A DNA stretch of 64,000 bases from Terriglobia bacterium. Its GTDB lineage: Bacteria; Acidobacteriota; Polarisedimenticolia; Polarisedimenticolales; JAIQFR01. Shown one piece after another: positions 61,325 to 64,000 of the stretch; positions within the stretch are counted from its first letter, which is position 1; each line of letters starts with the position of its first letter. The notes beneath the pieces were generated by a model. It saw nothing but the letters and a program-made list of their open reading frames with translations, was not told the origin of the DNA and searched no databases. Made by a program: the position numbers and the translations under genes. The stretch spans positions 32,001 through 96,000 of the forward strand of contig CAVVHE010000004.1 of assembly GCA_963748015.1 (NCBI GenBank), read 5' to 3'.

Positions 61325-62110
61325 CTACATCTGGCCGCGGATCATGCCGCCATCCACGGGCAGGTACGTGCCCGTGACCGCCGCGGCCTGCGCCGAGCAC
61401 AAGTAGGCGATCGCGGCCGCCACCTCGTCCGGCTCGACGAGGCGTCCGATCGGGACCTGCTCGCCGAGGGACTTCGCGAGGTCGTCGTCGGCGGCGGCGG
61501 GATGCCGGAAGCGTCCGAGCTCGAGGATCCGGTCGGTGCGGGAGGGTCCCGGCCCGACGACGTTCACGGTGATCCCGGAGGTGGCCAGCTCGGCGGCCAG
61601 CCCCTTGACGAGCCCGGCGGCGGCGGGCCGGAGCGCGTTGGACAGAAGCAGGGACTCGACCGGCTGCCGGATGCTCACGCTCTGGATCGAGACGATCCTC
61701 CCCCAGCAGGCCTCTCGCATCGCCGGCAGCACGGCCGAGACGAGGTGGTGGAAGGGGCCCACGACGCGCGCGAACGCCTCCGTCCACTCCTCCCAGGGAA
61801 GATCGCCGAACCTCCCTGGGCGCGGGCCGCCGGAGTTGGCGACGAGGATCTCCACCGCGCCGAGACGCGATGCGACCTCGCTCACGAGGCGCTTCGCCTG
61901 CTCGCGGTCGGTGACGTCGGAGGGAAGCGCCAACACCTCGGCGCCGGTCGCGGCGCAGATCTCCTCGGCCGCGGCCTTCAGCCGATCCGGGCGGCGGGCG
62001 GCGATGGCCAGGGCCACGCCCTCGCCGGCGAGGGCTCTCGCCGCCGCGAGGCCGAGGCCTTCGCTCGCACCGGTGACCAGCGCCACCTTCCCGCGGATCC
62101 CGAGGTCCAC
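61325..62110 (-). CDS. SDR oxidoreductase
   Basis: MDLGIRGKVALVTGASEGLG, NSGGP, VDGG. Confidence 0.92.
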   Translation of the reverse strand: MDLGIRGKVALVTGASEGLGLAAARALAGEGVALAIAARRPDRLKAAAEEICAATGAEVLALPSDVTDREQAKRLVSEVASRLGAVEILVANSGGPRPGRFGDLPWEEWTEAFARVVGPFHHLVSAVLPAMREACWGRIVSIQSVSIRQPVESLLLSNALRPAAAGLVKGLAAELATSGITVNVVGPGPSRTDRILELGRFRHPAAADDDLAKSLGEQVPIGRLVEPDEVAAAIAYLCSAQAAAVTGTYLPVDGGMIRGQM

Positions 62111-62113
62111 GTC

Positions 62114-63277
62114 CTACTCCGACAGGATCATCTTGCCGATCGTCTGGAGCTGCATGAACGAGGTGCCCTCGTAGATCTTCCCGATCTTCGCATCGCGGTA
62201 GAACTTCTCCACGGGGTACTCGACCGTGTAGCCGTACCCGCCGAAGATCTCCACCGCGGCCGAGGTCACCCGTTCCGCGGCGTCGCTCGAGTAGAGCTTC
62301 GCCATCGCGGCTTCCTTGACGAACGGGCGCCCGTTCTCCTTCAGGCGAGCGGCGTTGTAGACGAGCAGGCGGGCCGCCTCGAGGCGCGTCGCCGAGTCCG
62401 CGAGCTGGAACTGGATCCCCTGGAAGTCGCCGATCTTCTTCCCGAATTGCTCCCGCTCGGTCGCGTACCTGGCCGCCGCCTCGAGAGCGCCGCGGGAGAG
62501 GCCGACCATCTGGGCGCCGATCCCGATCCGCCCCTCGTTCAGGGTCTCGATGGCGATCTTGTATCCCTTCCCGACCTCGCCGACGACACGATCGGCGGGG
62601 AGCGTGCAGTTGTCGAGGAGCAGCTCGCAGGTGCTCGAGGCGCGGATCCCGAGCTTGTGCTCGCGCTTGCCCACCGTGAATCCGGGGTCGTCCCGCTTCA
62701 CCACGAAGGCGGTGATGCCCTTGTAACCCTTCGCGGGATCCACGGTCGCGAAAACGAGGTACTGGCCGGCCTCGGCGGCGCTGGTGATCCAGAGCTTCCG
62801 GCCGTTCAGCACCCAGCCGCCGTTCTTCTCCTCCGCGCGCGTCTTGAGGGCGAACGCGTCGGAGCCCGAGCCGGCCTCGGAGAGGGCGTAGGCGCAGACG
62901 GTGTCGGCGGCCGCCCTGCCGAGGTACTCCTTCTTCTGGGCTTCGTTCGCCCACCGCAGGATGGCGTTGATGAACAGCGTGTTCTGCACGTCCACGAGGA
63001 CGCCGACGGCCGCGTCCACTCGCGAGACCTCCTCGACGGCCAGGATGGACTGGAAGAACGTCCCGCCCGACCCGCCGTAGGCCTCGGGAATCTCGATCCC
63101 CATCAGGCCCATCTCGAACAGCTTCGGGATGAGGTCCTCGTCGTACCGGGCCGCCTCGTCCATCTTCTGGACGCGCGGCCGGATCTCGGCCTCCGCGAAG
63201 TCGCGCACGGCATCGCGGAACATCTCCTCTTCCTCGACGAGCTGGGTCAACGCGGGACGGACGCCGTCTGCGGACAT
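62114..63277 (-). CDS. Acyl-CoA dehydrogenase (short/branched-chain type)
   Basis: LSEAGSGSDA, KLGIRASST, LNEGRIGI, REQFGK, FGGYGY, IYEGT. Confidence 0.94.
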   Translation of the reverse strand: MSADGVRPALTQLVEEEEMFRDAVRDFAEAEIRPRVQKMDEAARYDEDLIPKLFEMGLMGIEIPEAYGGSGGTFFQSILAVEEVSRVDAAVGVLVDVQNTLFINAILRWANEAQKKEYLGRAAADTVCAYALSEAGSGSDAFALKTRAEEKNGGWVLNGRKLWITSAAEAGQYLVFATVDPAKGYKGITAFVVKRDDPGFTVGKREHKLGIRASSTCELLLDNCTLPADRVVGEVGKGYKIAIETLNEGRIGIGAQMVGLSRGALEAAARYATEREQFGKKIGDFQGIQFQLADSATRLEAARLLVYNAARLKENGRPFVKEAAMAKLYSSDAAERVTSAAVEIFGGYGYTVEYPVEKFYRDAKIGKIYEGTSFMQLQTIGKMILSE

Positions 63278-63412
63278 ATCACCTCCAGGACGCTCGTGGC
63301 GTTCCTCGACGGAAACCCCGCAATTATGCCGCGTCGGCTCCTCGTCGCCAAGACCCCGGATCCCCGGAGCGTTCGCGGGGCGCGTCGGGCCTCGCGCGGA
63401 GCAAGGATGGCC

Positions 63413-64000
63413 TCAGCCACTTGCCGTTCCCCCGAGGAGGAGCGTTTCCTCGCCGTAGATCTCCGGCGGGAACAGCAGCGGGATCAGGTCGCGCAGGAAC
63501 TGGCGCCGCTTGTAGGCCGCGTGGCTGGCGAAATGCTCGTCGTGGAGCGTCGCCAGGTAGGCCTCGACCGTGTAGATCTGCACCTCGACGGGGTAGAGGT
63601 AGGGGGACTCGTCCGCCCGGTCCTCGACCAGCACGTCCACGATGGACTTCAGGACCTCGAAGCCGCTCCCCGTGGCGGAACCGAGCCGCGCGCGGTCCCG
63701 CTGCCCCGACAGCGTGTCCACGCGGTCGCGCCAGCGAAGCGGTCCCCCGAGAACCGACAGGAGCCTTCGCTCGAGCGCGTAGGCTTGCCGCCGGTCGCGG
63801 ACGATGAACATGGCTCCGAGCATGTCCTCCACGGCCGAGGGGTGCGGGATCCCGCGGCGGATCATCTTGCTCAAGATCGAGCCGTTGCGCCCGCCAAGAC
63901 CCGGCCACCGCGGCTCCTCGGTCAGCGCCAGCAGGCCGTCCTCGCCGACCGCCGGCGGCGCCGGGTTCGTCTCCCTCTTGAAGCGCGAGCGATAGTGGAA
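63413..64000 (-). CDS. C-terminal part of a divergent RelA/SpoT-like nucleotidyltransferase-fold protein; starts beyond the right edge
   Basis: The frame is open to the window end: FHYRSRFKRE...SILSKMIRRG...VEDMLGAMFIV...VEVQIYT...SHAAYKRRQ. Confidence 0.55.
   Translation of the reverse strand, partial: FHYRSRFKRETNPAPPAVGEDGLLALTEEPRWPGLGGRNGSILSKMIRRGIPHPSAVEDMLGAMFIVRDRRQAYALERRLLSVLGGPLRWRDRVDTLSGQRDRARLGSATGSGFEVLKSIVDVLVEDRADESPYLYPVEVQIYTVEAYLATLHDEHFASHAAYKRRQFLRDLIPLLFPPEIYGEETLLLGGTASG

Overview
This is a gene-dense, very GC-rich bacterial chromosomal segment. Paired VWA-like secreted proteins and the general gene content would fit an Acidobacteriota genome, but that is inference only. 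I found no rRNA, tRNA, CRISPR array, transposase or phage genes. Routine content includes rne (5' part), dusB, mutY, an AtuA/enoyl-CoA hydratase operon, peptidases, SDRs, hemE-hemN-hemG with mbfA, and an acyl-CoA dehydrogenase. Four things stand out. (1) A ~13 kb mirror-image locus (21.4-34.6 kb) has two different glutamate dehydrogenases flanking three paralogous PEP-synthase-like ATP-grasp proteins that lack the pyruvate-binding barrel. Two of these carry extra sensory, receiver or nucleotidyltransferase domains, and a metallophosphoesterase lies between them; this is a candidate uncharacterised phospho-signalling or modification system tied to GDH. (2) Two families of intergenic hairpin elements have conserved, covarying cores wrapped in copy-specific inverted-repeat arms (four copies of ~190 bp, three copies of ~55-90 bp). 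(3) A HypD-type glycyl radical enzyme with its activase, and a pentaheme cytochrome plus heme-bearing porin pair. (4) A RelA/SpoT-like partial gene at the right edge. Two genes carry single-base frameshifts that may be assembly errors. Most long ORFs in the supplied track are antisense or off-frame shadow ORFs.
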